Source: Prasinococcaceae sp. CCMP 1430 (lineage: Eukaryota; Plantae; Prasinodermophyta). From it: a stretch of DNA of 28,643 nucleotides. The position numbers and the translations under genes were made by a program. The notes beneath the pieces are model-generated. The model had not been told where the DNA came from. It saw only the letters and a list, made by a program, of their open reading frames with translations, and did no database searches. Within the stretch, counting starts at the first letter, position 1, and each line of letters starts with the position of its first letter. This document shows positions 9,302-17,399 of the stretch, one piece after another. The stretch is taken from NCBI GenBank assembly GCA_013416795.1, contig RQSC01001105.1, forward strand, positions 14,046 to 42,688, given 5' to 3'.

Positions 9302-9368
9302 CGCGCCGTGTGGCGCGCGGCAGCAGCAGCCAGCCCCCCCGCGCGCGCGACGCGCGCCACACGGCGCG
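9302..9368. promoter_or_regulatory. 18-bp perfect inverted repeat in the PRA1 / coiled-coil gene divergent promoter
   Basis: CGCGCCGTGTGGCGCGCG (9302-9319) and CGCGCGCCACACGGCGCG (9351-9368), with a 31-nt spacer. The regulatory role is inferred from position. Confidence 0.55.
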
Positions 9369-9458
9369 CGCGGTCGGCGCGCGCGCTCGCGCCCCCCTTC
9401 CCCCTTCTCCCCGTGCGGCGGCGAGGGCGGGTTGGGGAGGGTGTGGGGGAGGGGGCGG

Positions 9459-10757
9459 ATGCCGTGGGGCGGCGCGGACTCGGACTCCGAATCGAGCGCG
9501 GACTGGTCGGACGGCGACGCGAGCGCCGCGGCGAGCGGCTCGGGCGGCGACGGGGAAGTATCGCAGCACGGAGCGAGCAGCGGCGATGAGTCCGATGACG
9601 ACTTCGACGCGCCTGTGCCGCCGCAGCAGCAGCAGCGGCAGCTGGCGGCAGCCATCGTGGCAGAGCCGACAGACGATGCGAGAGCTGCCTCGGAGGAGCC
9701 CGCCATCGCGGCAGCGCACGGCGGTGACGGCGGCGGGCAGCCGCGGGCGTATTCGCAGGCGCAGCCGACGCTGCCCGCGCAGCAGATTGCGCCGCAGCTC
9801 GAGCGACGACAGAGCCTTCCACAACACCGGGGTGGGACAGCTGTATCGGCAGGGTTGACAGCTTCGCAGCCAGCCTCGGGCGCCGTGCGCGCGCTCATCG
9901 ACGCGAACACAGAGCTGCTGCGCGCGCTCATGGGAGACGAGGCTGACGAGGCCCTGGCCTCGCTGCGGACGGAGGGCGGTGAAACAGAAGAGGAGGGGGC
10001 TGGGCTGCCGTCAGGCGCGTCGGTGGCTGTGCAGTATGCGCCCGGAGTGCACGCACCGACGCAGCAGTACGTCGACGTGACGGCGATGGTGGAGGCCATA
10101 CGGGACCTGAAGCGATCGAACGCAAAGCTCGAGGCAGAACTCGAGGATGCGAGGGACGAAATGGCAGGGCTGCGCGCGGGCCCTGTGGCAGCGATGGATG
10201 CCGCGAATGAACGCGCGGCCGCTAAATACAGAGAGAGGGGCGAGGAATTGGCAGCTGTGCGACAAGCCCTGGCCGTGGAAAGGCACTCGAACGACGAGGC
10301 GGAGTCCGATCGCGCTGCCACGGAGGCCGCTCTTCACAGGGAAATCCTGCGGCTGGAGGCGGCGCTCGAGGACGAGAAGGCCGCGGGGGCGACCGCTGAG
10401 GCCGTCGCCCGCGATGCCCTGCCCGAGCTCGAGGCCGAGCGTGCTGTCAGCCGCGAGCTCTACACGACGATCGTCGCGCAGGCCGCAGACGCGCAAACCC
10501 AGCCAGTCGTGCGCGGGCGTGCCCAGCTGGCGTTGCACGCCGCCGCCAGCTCCGCCACGCCGCCAGCTCTAAGCACTGATGGCAAGCTCGCCGCGCTGCG
10601 CGCGATCGAGACCCGCTTGATGGACATTCGGTCGCGGCGTGCCGAGGTGATCCGCGACTTGAAGGTCGAGCACACCGAGATCGTCGCCACGGAGGAGCGC
10701 GAGGAGAAGCGGCTCTTGCGCAAGCGCGCCGTTCTAATGGAAGCTGCTGCAGGCTAG
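9459..10757 (+). CDS. Hypothetical protein with acidic/disordered N-half and coiled-coil C-half, 432 aa
   Basis: Long ORF with protein-like composition and heptad-rich segments (IRDLKRSNAKLEAELEDARDEMAGL; LRAIETRLMDIRSRR). TGTAA at 10796-10800 downstream. No family recognised. Confidence 0.75.
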   Translation: MPWGGADSDSESSADWSDGDASAAASGSGGDGEVSQHGASSGDESDDDFDAPVPPQQQQRQLAAAIVAEPTDDARAASEEPAIAAAHGGDGGGQPRAYSQAQPTLPAQQIAPQLERRQSLPQHRGGTAVSAGLTASQPASGAVRALIDANTELLRALMGDEADEALASLRTEGGETEEEGAGLPSGASVAVQYAPGVHAPTQQYVDVTAMVEAIRDLKRSNAKLEAELEDARDEMAGLRAGPVAAMDAANERAAAKYRERGEELAAVRQALAVERHSNDEAESDRAATEAALHREILRLEAALEDEKAAGATAEAVARDALPELEAERAVSRELYTTIVAQAADAQTQPVVRGRAQLALHAAASSATPPALSTDGKLAALRAIETRLMDIRSRRAEVIRDLKVEHTEIVATEEREEKRLLRKRAVLMEAAAG

Positions 10758-10944
10758 GCGGCGTGCCGCTGGCGTGGCCGCAGCCCGCGTTCGCATGTAA
10801 TTCTATGTACCATAGGACATGCGGCGGGGCGCGCAGGCACGCACTCGAGGCTGGTGGCACCTCGCACCGCACAGAGCGTCTCGATGTATAGTATATTAGA
10901 ATGGCCGCCCTCGCGCTGGCCCTGGGGGCTGCCGGGCTCGCCAC

Positions 10945-11718
10945 CTAGGGCTCGCTGTCGATCGTGTCGTCCGGAAGCTGCAAGCGCGAGTACAGCACGT
11001 AGATGGTCGCGAAGCACGAGAGCATTGCGATCGCCGCGACCGTCTTAAAGCCCGACGAGCGCGATTTTGTGCGCTTCTTGCGAAGTGCTCCGCCGCCGCC
11101 TGGCTTGGTGTCGCCAACGGTGAGCGGCAGCGACCTGGCCGCGCCACCCACGCCGGCCTTTCGCATCGCGCGCACGTGCCACGGCGTGCGCTTCGAGTAC
11201 TTGTCGGCGGCGCCGTCGCTCGCGTTGCCGCCACCGGTTGCGGCATCAGCCTCGGCGATTGCCGCCGCTGCCGCCGCGTGTGTCGACGCGTGCGAGTTTC
11301 CTGAGCGCTGCTTCTGTACCGAGGGCGGCGAGAGCGCCGCGCTCGCCATGGCCCCGAACGGCGCGGCGTCCCCTCCGCCACCAGCGCCCGAGCCGTTCGC
11401 AGTGTGCGTCTGTGCTGCCCTGCGCGGAGGGGTTGCAGTCGGCGCGGCGGGCGCGACCCCGGGCGCGCTCACCCCGCCGGGGACCTCTATAACGAGCTCG
11501 TCGATCTCGCCGAGCTGCTCGATCGACGTCACCTCAGTGAGCGTCTTCGCCTGATAGACGGCGCCGACCGCGCTCACGCGCAGCTTGCGCGCGGCTGTTG
11601 CGCGGAAGTCGGCCCACGTGACGCCCGGGGCGAGTGGCACCACGGCCTTGCGCAGCGGCCGGCCCGACGGGAGCGTGGGCCCGTCCTTGACCGACACGAA
11701 CACCAGCTGCTGGGGCAT
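10945..11718 (-). CDS. Hypothetical tail-anchored membrane protein with a small N-terminal globular (possibly beta-grasp) domain, 257 aa
   Basis: An N-terminal domain of about 80 aa, an Ala/Pro linker, a polybasic stretch LRKKRTKSR, a single hydrophobic helix VAAIAMLSCFATIYVLY and a short tail. Confidence 0.75.
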   Translation of the reverse strand: MPQQLVFVSVKDGPTLPSGRPLRKAVVPLAPGVTWADFRATAARKLRVSAVGAVYQAKTLTEVTSIEQLGEIDELVIEVPGGVSAPGVAPAAPTATPPRRAAQTHTANGSGAGGGGDAAPFGAMASAALSPPSVQKQRSGNSHASTHAAAAAAIAEADAATGGGNASDGAADKYSKRTPWHVRAMRKAGVGGAARSLPLTVGDTKPGGGGALRKKRTKSRSSGFKTVAAIAMLSCFATIYVLYSRLQLPDDTIDSEP

Positions 11719-11802
11719 CGCGCTGCTTGGCCCCGGCTGCGCGCCTCGGCCCGGCGACCCCTCCGTCGCGCGCCGCCGCGCGCGCAGGAGGCGGGCGCTG
11801 CC

Positions 11803-11803
11803 N
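11803..11803. other. Single-N scaffold gap
   Basis: n in the sequence, between two divergent genes. Confidence 0.9.
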
Positions 11804-11806
11804 CCG

Positions 11807-12922
11807 ATGTCTAGATCTACGGTGTCGCAGTCTACCGATGGGCCCGCAACGGACGCTCAAGCAGCAGCGCAAAAGGCACAGCCAACACCGGTAGCGGACG
11901 TGGGCTCTGTGCAAGCACTGGCGTCCAGGACGCACGGCCCCACCGACGCACAGCGCTCACGCTCTTCTGCGTCGGTGCCAGGCTCCCCCACGCAGTCCCC
12001 GATGGGCACTGTCACGTCAGCCATGTCGGCGAGTGTTCCGAGCATGGATGCACAGATGTCTTCGCTGTCTCTATCGACTCCGTCGCTGCCACCTTCTCGC
12101 GACAGCAGCGGCGCGCAGCAGGGGCCGCCATCACATCCCGCGGTGAAGGGAGTGGGCCTCGATGGACAGGCTAAAACCGCGCCCGCGCAGAGCACACGGG
12201 GAGAGGCAGCTCCGAGGGGCTTGACAATTGCAATGTCCACGGCGCCGGCAACGCCTCCACCGCCACAGCGGCCACAGGGCAGCGCGCACCCGCACGTTTC
12301 TCCGGTACCACAAATGCCCCCCCCAACCGCGCAACCTCCGCTGCCTCCTCCTGGCCTTGCGCTCCTCCTCCGACAGCAGGGACCGATGACGACGCCCGGC
12401 GAGCCTGGCGCAAGGAAGGGAAGCGAGAGCCTCTTCGGCTCGACGGTCGAGTCCCCCACTCTCTCTCCCGGGGGGGCGATATCGAAGGGCCGGCTCAAGC
12501 AACTCCTGGACGCGTCCTTCCAAAGCAAGCCTCGCCCCGAGGATCGTGAGGGCGTCTCTCCAGGCCTCGAAAACCTGGACGCGTTTGCGACGCGCGGGTC
12601 ACAGCCGACGCCCGCCGTCGACGATCTCCCTGCGATCGGCTTCGGACGGCGCTTTCCAGCAGCACCGCAGCATGCACACGTTCTCACCTCGTACCCATGG
12701 ACAGAACAGCAGCGTACGCCTGGGCACGCCAGCGCCGCAGCCGAGCTCTTTTACGTTGTGGACAATGAGCAATTGCTTTTTGCGTTCCACTTTCAACAAG
12801 GTGGATACCTCCAGCTCGCAGCAGCGAAGGAACTTTGCCGCCGCGGATGGCGCTTCGACATGAAACAGCGCGCGTGGTTCACGCGAGCACAGGAGCCCCA
12901 GGAGGTCAATAGTGCCTACTGC
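11807..12922 (+). CDS. NOT2/NOT3/NOT5-box protein (NOT3-like, divergent); 3' exons unresolved, 5' end next to a gap
   Basis: LKQLLDASFQSKPRPEDRE...SYP...LFYVVDNEQLLFAFHFQQGGYLQLAAAKELCRRGWRFDMKQRAWFTRAQEP aligns with the NOT3 NOT-box. A probable donor GTGCGC follows at 12923. Confidence 0.75.
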
Positions 12923-13376
12923 GTGCGCGGAGGCGCGCAGGCGTGCGCAAGGTGCGCGGCTGGGTGGGCGGGCAGGTGGGCGGGTGGGTCGTGGGCGTCG
13001 TCCGCCGCGTGCGTGGCGGGCTCTGGTCACGCGCCACCGTTTCATCTTTTCTCTTCGTTGCGCTGGCCACAGCTCGGATTTGAGGTTCGGGCTCAAGAAT
13101 GCCCTCGCTCTGTCTGCGCCCTTTTTTCTCGCGCGCACCCGTCGCTCGTCGCGGCCGGATCGGCGCCTCTGCCGGTCGGGCGCGGCGCGCCACCAACCCG
13201 GCGCGTTCCGTCCCGGCCCGGGCGGGGGCGTCCCCGCGACTCTGACCTTTTCGGCGCCTTGCTCACTCAATTCCCGCTTTTTGGAACAGTAGTGCCGTAT
13301 CACATGCAAACGCCCTCCGGGTCGGAATTCCACGTCCGCACTCGGGAGTGAGCTTGCGCGAACCTCGGTAGTATAA

Positions 13377-13447
13377 CCCTGAAGCCCGAAGCCTGAAGGG
13401 CTGAAGCCTGAAGGCCTGAAGCCTGAAGCCTGAACCTGAAGCCTGAA
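13377..13447. repeat. Degenerate tandem array of about 10 CCTGAAG units
   Basis: ccctgaag cccgaag cctgaag ggctgaag cctgaag gcctgaag cctgaag cctgaa cctgaag cctgaa. Confidence 0.9.
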
Positions 13448-13510
13448 CTGACCCCTTTGCGTGAGGGCGCTACTATCGATGGCACTACGTAGTACGTATC
13501 CTGATGGTAC

Positions 13511-13526
13511 ACTGTAGTACTACAGT
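13511..13526. repeat. Perfect 16-bp palindrome ACTGTAGTACTACAGT
   Basis: Self-complementary by inspection. A 10-bp palindrome ACTACGTAGT lies at 13484-13493. Confidence 0.9.
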
Positions 13527-14031
13527 ACCTCTCCGATCGGTTGCGCGCGCGGCGCGGCGCCGAGGCGCCGAGGCGCGTTGGCGCGCGCGTTCGTTTGGGA
13601 GGTGCCCCACATGGTATCATGCTACTGTACCGCCATCAGGACCAGGCCGGGGATGGATGGGTGGATGTTGGGATATATGGGCGGCGCTCGGCGCACCCAC
13701 CCGTCAGAACGAACGAAACGAATTTGGGCCCGGCGGAGGGGCATCTCGGCGGTTTCGAATGGCATTTCGCGCCGTTTGGGCTCGCCATCAAAACGCAAAC
13801 GATTGTTGGGGGGATAAAATACGAAAGGGGGAAAAAGATGCCCGCGCGCCGCCACAGCGCGCACAGCGGCGGGTGCGCGGCGCGCGCGGGTGCGCGCACG
13901 CGGGGGGTACCGTGTGGACGTGTACGCGGCTGTTCGTTCGGCGGGCCGGGCGGCGGGACACGGCGGCGCGGCGGCGCTGAGGAGGCAGTGTGGCGAGGAT
14001 CCGCGCGGCGGCGCCGAACGGGGAACGTAGA

Positions 14032-16059
14032 ATGGGCGCCCGCGCCCCCCACGCGGCGGCCACCGCCGCCGCGGCCGGGAGCGAGGCTGGGGGCGCTGAG
14101 GCCGCGCCGGCCGCGCTGCTGTCGCCTCGGCCGAAGACGCAGCCGGAGCCCATGGGGACGGCGGATGCGTTAGGCTGCGGCGTCTTCGAGCGCGTCGCGA
14201 TGGAGTTCCGGCCGTACCATAGCAACTCTGTGAATGCTGCGCTGCACCTGGTCACGACGCCGCTCGCGCTGGCTGGCGCCGCGGCGGCCGCGGGTGTTGG
14301 CGTTGCGCGTTTGATGGGCAGCGCAGACGACGGCAGCGTGGCGGCCGTGGCCGCGGCGGGCGTTTGCGCGGCCTACGCCGCCAGTCTGCTGCCTTACCTG
14401 TCGTTGCTGCTGTGGTGCGCGTCGACGGTGGTGTGCGCTGCCACAGGCGGGCTTGCAGTGCTCTTCGTGCGCGAGTGCGGCCTGTATGGGGCGCTGGCTG
14501 CCTTCGCCGCGGGGTACGTGCTACAGGACCTGGCGCACTTCGCCACAGGGGAGCGCACGTACCAGAGCGCATACCAAGGCCGCACGGGCTGGCTCGTCAC
14601 GCTCGCTGCTCACACGTTCTTTCTGGTCCCGCTCGTGCTCGACGCGCTCTGCCATACGGAGGACAGCATCCTCGCGTGGCCCGTGCCGCACGACCACGTC
14701 ATGTACGCGCGCCTCGACGGCGCAGAGGAAGTCGCTCACCGCGCCACGCTACGCGAGTGGGTGATCGAGCAGAAGCCTTCGGCGAAGCACACCACGCACT
14801 GGTGGTACGAGCGTCTGCCGGAGGCCGCAAAAGCGAGCTTCCACGCGCTCGCGATGAGCGGCAGCATGCTCGGGATGTTCCGCGCGCGCTTTCCCGGCAA
14901 TGCCTATACCGTCGAGCCAGTCTTTGGGATGAATGAAATCTACGTGGCATCGGACCAGAACCTCGGACAAACCTCGGACAACGTGTTTTACATGCTGCAC
15001 ACGGACGGCCCCTGGGGCGTCTTCCCCATGTGCGGGCTCTACCGGTGCATCCTGGCAATCTCGCCCAACGAGCAGGTGGCGACACGATTCCCCTTTTCCT
15101 CAAAAGAGTTCGTGCTCACCGATGGCGACGTCGCGGCATTCGATTTCAATCGCGAGATCCATGACATCAAGAACGTACCTGGCCGCTGTAACGAAGGCCA
15201 GCGGATCACGCTCAAGGTACACTACGTGGTCTACCCAACGGTGCTGAGGCCATACGGCAAGCTGCTCAAGGCTCTGACGACCACCTACAACACGTTGGCG
15301 CGCCTGACCTTCCTCAACACGATCCAGCCGCGCGGCCTGTGGAGGCTCGCTGCTTGGCTCGTGCTGAAGATCACCTCGGTGCGCTTCCGCACCGAGATGC
15401 ACGCGGGCTGGACGAACGTGTCGTACGTGGCCGCGTGCGCCCTCGCCGCGCATTGGCTCGGGGACTACCGCCTGCTCGTGGCGATGACCTCGTTCGTACA
15501 CTATTTCATGTACATTGGCACATACCATGCGGCGCTGCTGGGGCTGCGGGTGAGCTTTGGCCATTTCAAACGGGACGTGGTCTTCTACAAGGCGGTCGCG
15601 TACGCTCACATCTGCAACATTCTCGTGCGAAACTTGGACGTCGCGCGCGCCCATGCGTCGCTGCCGGTGGCCGCGGCGATGGTGTGCATCGGCTACGGCC
15701 TAGCAGCGGCGGCCTCTGTGGCGCTTGGGCTCGATCAGACGTACTTCGGCGCCGAGCTAGGGGAGTGCAAGCCACGCTTCGTTACGGCCTTTCCCTACGG
15801 TAGATTTGGGGTACCCCATCCGATGATACTGGGCGCCATCACCGGTCTCGTCGGATTGCAGCTCACCGGCGCGTTTGTGGGCGTGCCGTGGCTCATACCG
15901 ACCCACATCGGCCTGTACCTCTTGCACATGCTGCAGGAGCAGGCGTGCGACATGTACAGCGCCGACGCCGCCATTAAGGCCTTTGGCCACGCGCGAAGGC
16001 ACAGTGCCGGCTACCTCCCGGCCGTCGCGCGCGCGCACGACGAGGGCATCACCGCCTGA
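14032..16059 (+). CDS. Multi-domain membrane enzyme: Mpo1/DUF962-like + putative Fe(II) dioxygenase (HxD...H) + PEMT-like methyltransferase; start may instead be 14152
   Basis: One uninterrupted ORF. FRPYHSNSVNAALHLVTTP...YVLQDLAHFATGE is Mpo1-like. FYMLHTDGP...LTDGDVAAFDFNREIH...RITLKVHY is double-stranded beta-helix (DSBH)-like. ALGLDQTYFGAELG...FVTAFPY...PHPMILGAI is PEMT/OPI3-like. Confidence 0.85.
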   Translation: MGARAPHAAATAAAAGSEAGGAEAAPAALLSPRPKTQPEPMGTADALGCGVFERVAMEFRPYHSNSVNAALHLVTTPLALAGAAAAAGVGVARLMGSADDGSVAAVAAAGVCAAYAASLLPYLSLLLWCASTVVCAATGGLAVLFVRECGLYGALAAFAAGYVLQDLAHFATGERTYQSAYQGRTGWLVTLAAHTFFLVPLVLDALCHTEDSILAWPVPHDHVMYARLDGAEEVAHRATLREWVIEQKPSAKHTTHWWYERLPEAAKASFHALAMSGSMLGMFRARFPGNAYTVEPVFGMNEIYVASDQNLGQTSDNVFYMLHTDGPWGVFPMCGLYRCILAISPNEQVATRFPFSSKEFVLTDGDVAAFDFNREIHDIKNVPGRCNEGQRITLKVHYVVYPTVLRPYGKLLKALTTTYNTLARLTFLNTIQPRGLWRLAAWLVLKITSVRFRTEMHAGWTNVSYVAACALAAHWLGDYRLLVAMTSFVHYFMYIGTYHAALLGLRVSFGHFKRDVVFYKAVAYAHICNILVRNLDVARAHASLPVAAAMVCIGYGLAAAASVALGLDQTYFGAELGECKPRFVTAFPYGRFGVPHPMILGAITGLVGLQLTGAFVGVPWLIPTHIGLYLLHMLQEQACDMYSADAAIKAFGHARRHSAGYLPAVARAHDEGITA

Positions 16060-16266
16060 GAGACTGCGCCGAGCTGCGCGTGGCGCTACGGGCGCACCGC
16101 TCACCTCGAGGTAACACAACATTTCGCCTCGCTGGCGCCGGACGTCGAATGGTTCGAGCCCCTTTAGATTCCCGTGGGTAGTATTGATATATAATTATAA
16201 TGTCATATCATCTGGAGTGAATGTGAGCCGCGAGTTCCCCTCGCTCGCTCGCTGCGCTGGCGCTGC

Positions 16267-17217
16267 GTGCCACTGCGCGCGCGGGGCGCGCAGGCACCGC
16301 TGGGCGCAGGGCCTGCGGGGAGGCGGCGATGGCCGCGGCGAGGGTCCATCGCGCGGCGAGGGGGCGGCCCGCTCCAACGCGAGGCTCGAGGGAGGGACTG
16401 CTGGGGGGTCGGGAGCGGCGGGAGCGGCGGGAGCAGCGATTCCGGCGACGGGGGCGAGCGCGAGCTCTCGCCTGAGGAGTGGGATCGTGCGCTTGCGGAG
16501 GCGTCGATGCTGCTGGCGCAGGCAACGCGCATGGCAGAGGCGCAGACGCGCGCGGAGCTGGGCGTGGCGTTCGCTCTCGACGCGTCCGATGCGGCGGCGG
16601 GCGCTGGCGGCCGCATGCCCCCTTCCGACTCGGGCGACGAGGGGGACGCTGCCGTGTCGTCGGTGGCAGAGCGCGTGGCGGGTCTTGCGCGCTTTCTGTG
16701 CGAGGGCATGGGCGCGAGCGACGCCCTATCCGCCGAGCGTCTCGCCGCATCGCTCGTGCGCGCCGGCTCGCCATACGCCCATCCGGAGATGCTTGAGCAG
16801 AAGGTGAGACGCCTGCAGAACACCTTGGCTCTGGACAGCCTGGACGTGATGTCCCTCGTCCTGGCCGATGCCCAGGTGCTCCACGTCGACGCAGGCAGCG
16901 CAGTTCGCCGTCTCCTTGAGATGCTTGCAGTGTGGCCCGCAGGCCGCGCGGCGTGCGCCCTCTCCAACTGCCCGCGGCTGCTGTACGTGGAGGACTTCTC
17001 TGAACGCTACGCGGGGACGCAGGACGCACTCGTGGGGCTCATGGGCGTTTCGGAGGCGGACGCGGCCTTCTGTCTCTCAGAAGAACCGGGCCTGCTCTGG
17101 ACGCTCCTCGTGCACACCGACCCGATCCTCTCCTGGCGTGCGAGAGACATCGCGGAACTGCCCATGTCAGTACAGAACGACATCAGTTTCGGGCTGCGGA
17201 GTAAATACGCGTTGTAG
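16267..17217 (+). CDS. Probable organelle-targeted helical-repeat protein (weakly mTERF-like); true start not found
   Basis: Arg/Gly/Ala-rich N-terminus, then repeats such as ALSNCPRLLYV and CLSEEPGLLWT. The frame is open from 16201, but the first in-frame ATG is at 16507. Confidence 0.6.
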   Translation: MPLRARGAQAPLGAGPAGRRRWPRRGSIARRGGGPLQREARGRDCWGVGSGGSGGSSDSGDGGERELSPEEWDRALAEASMLLAQATRMAEAQTRAELGVAFALDASDAAAGAGGRMPPSDSGDEGDAAVSSVAERVAGLARFLCEGMGASDALSAERLAASLVRAGSPYAHPEMLEQKVRRLQNTLALDSLDVMSLVLADAQVLHVDAGSAVRRLLEMLAVWPAGRAACALSNCPRLLYVEDFSERYAGTQDALVGLMGVSEADAAFCLSEEPGLLWTLLVHTDPILSWRARDIAELPMSVQNDISFGLRSKYAL

Positions 17218-17399
17218 AAGCTGGCCGGCGTGGGCGTGGGCGGGCCGGCCAGCGAGGGGGGCGCGCTGGACTCGGGCAGCGGAGCGCGCTGACGCACTCG
17301 CGCACGACGCCACCATATCTTATTAATACTTAGGACTGGGCCTCCGACGCCAGCGCCCGACGCGCGCATTCAGTGCCGGCACAGCGCGGCGCCGAGCGC

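Noticed and set aside
8525-10321. 598-aa minus-strand ORF and the N-terminal 220 aa of ORF 8275..9822
   Set aside because: They are antisense to the 9459-10757 gene and run through the promoter; only the PRA1 portion from ATG 9162 is credible.
13377-13447. Possible CRISPR array (also the 1116-1234 duplication)
   Set aside because: There are no unique spacers, the unit lengths are wrong, no cas genes are present and the context is eukaryotic.
16081-16170. Intact tRNA gene
   Set aside because: Only a T-arm-like element is present; no acceptor or anticodon stems could be folded. It is kept only as a low-interest finding.
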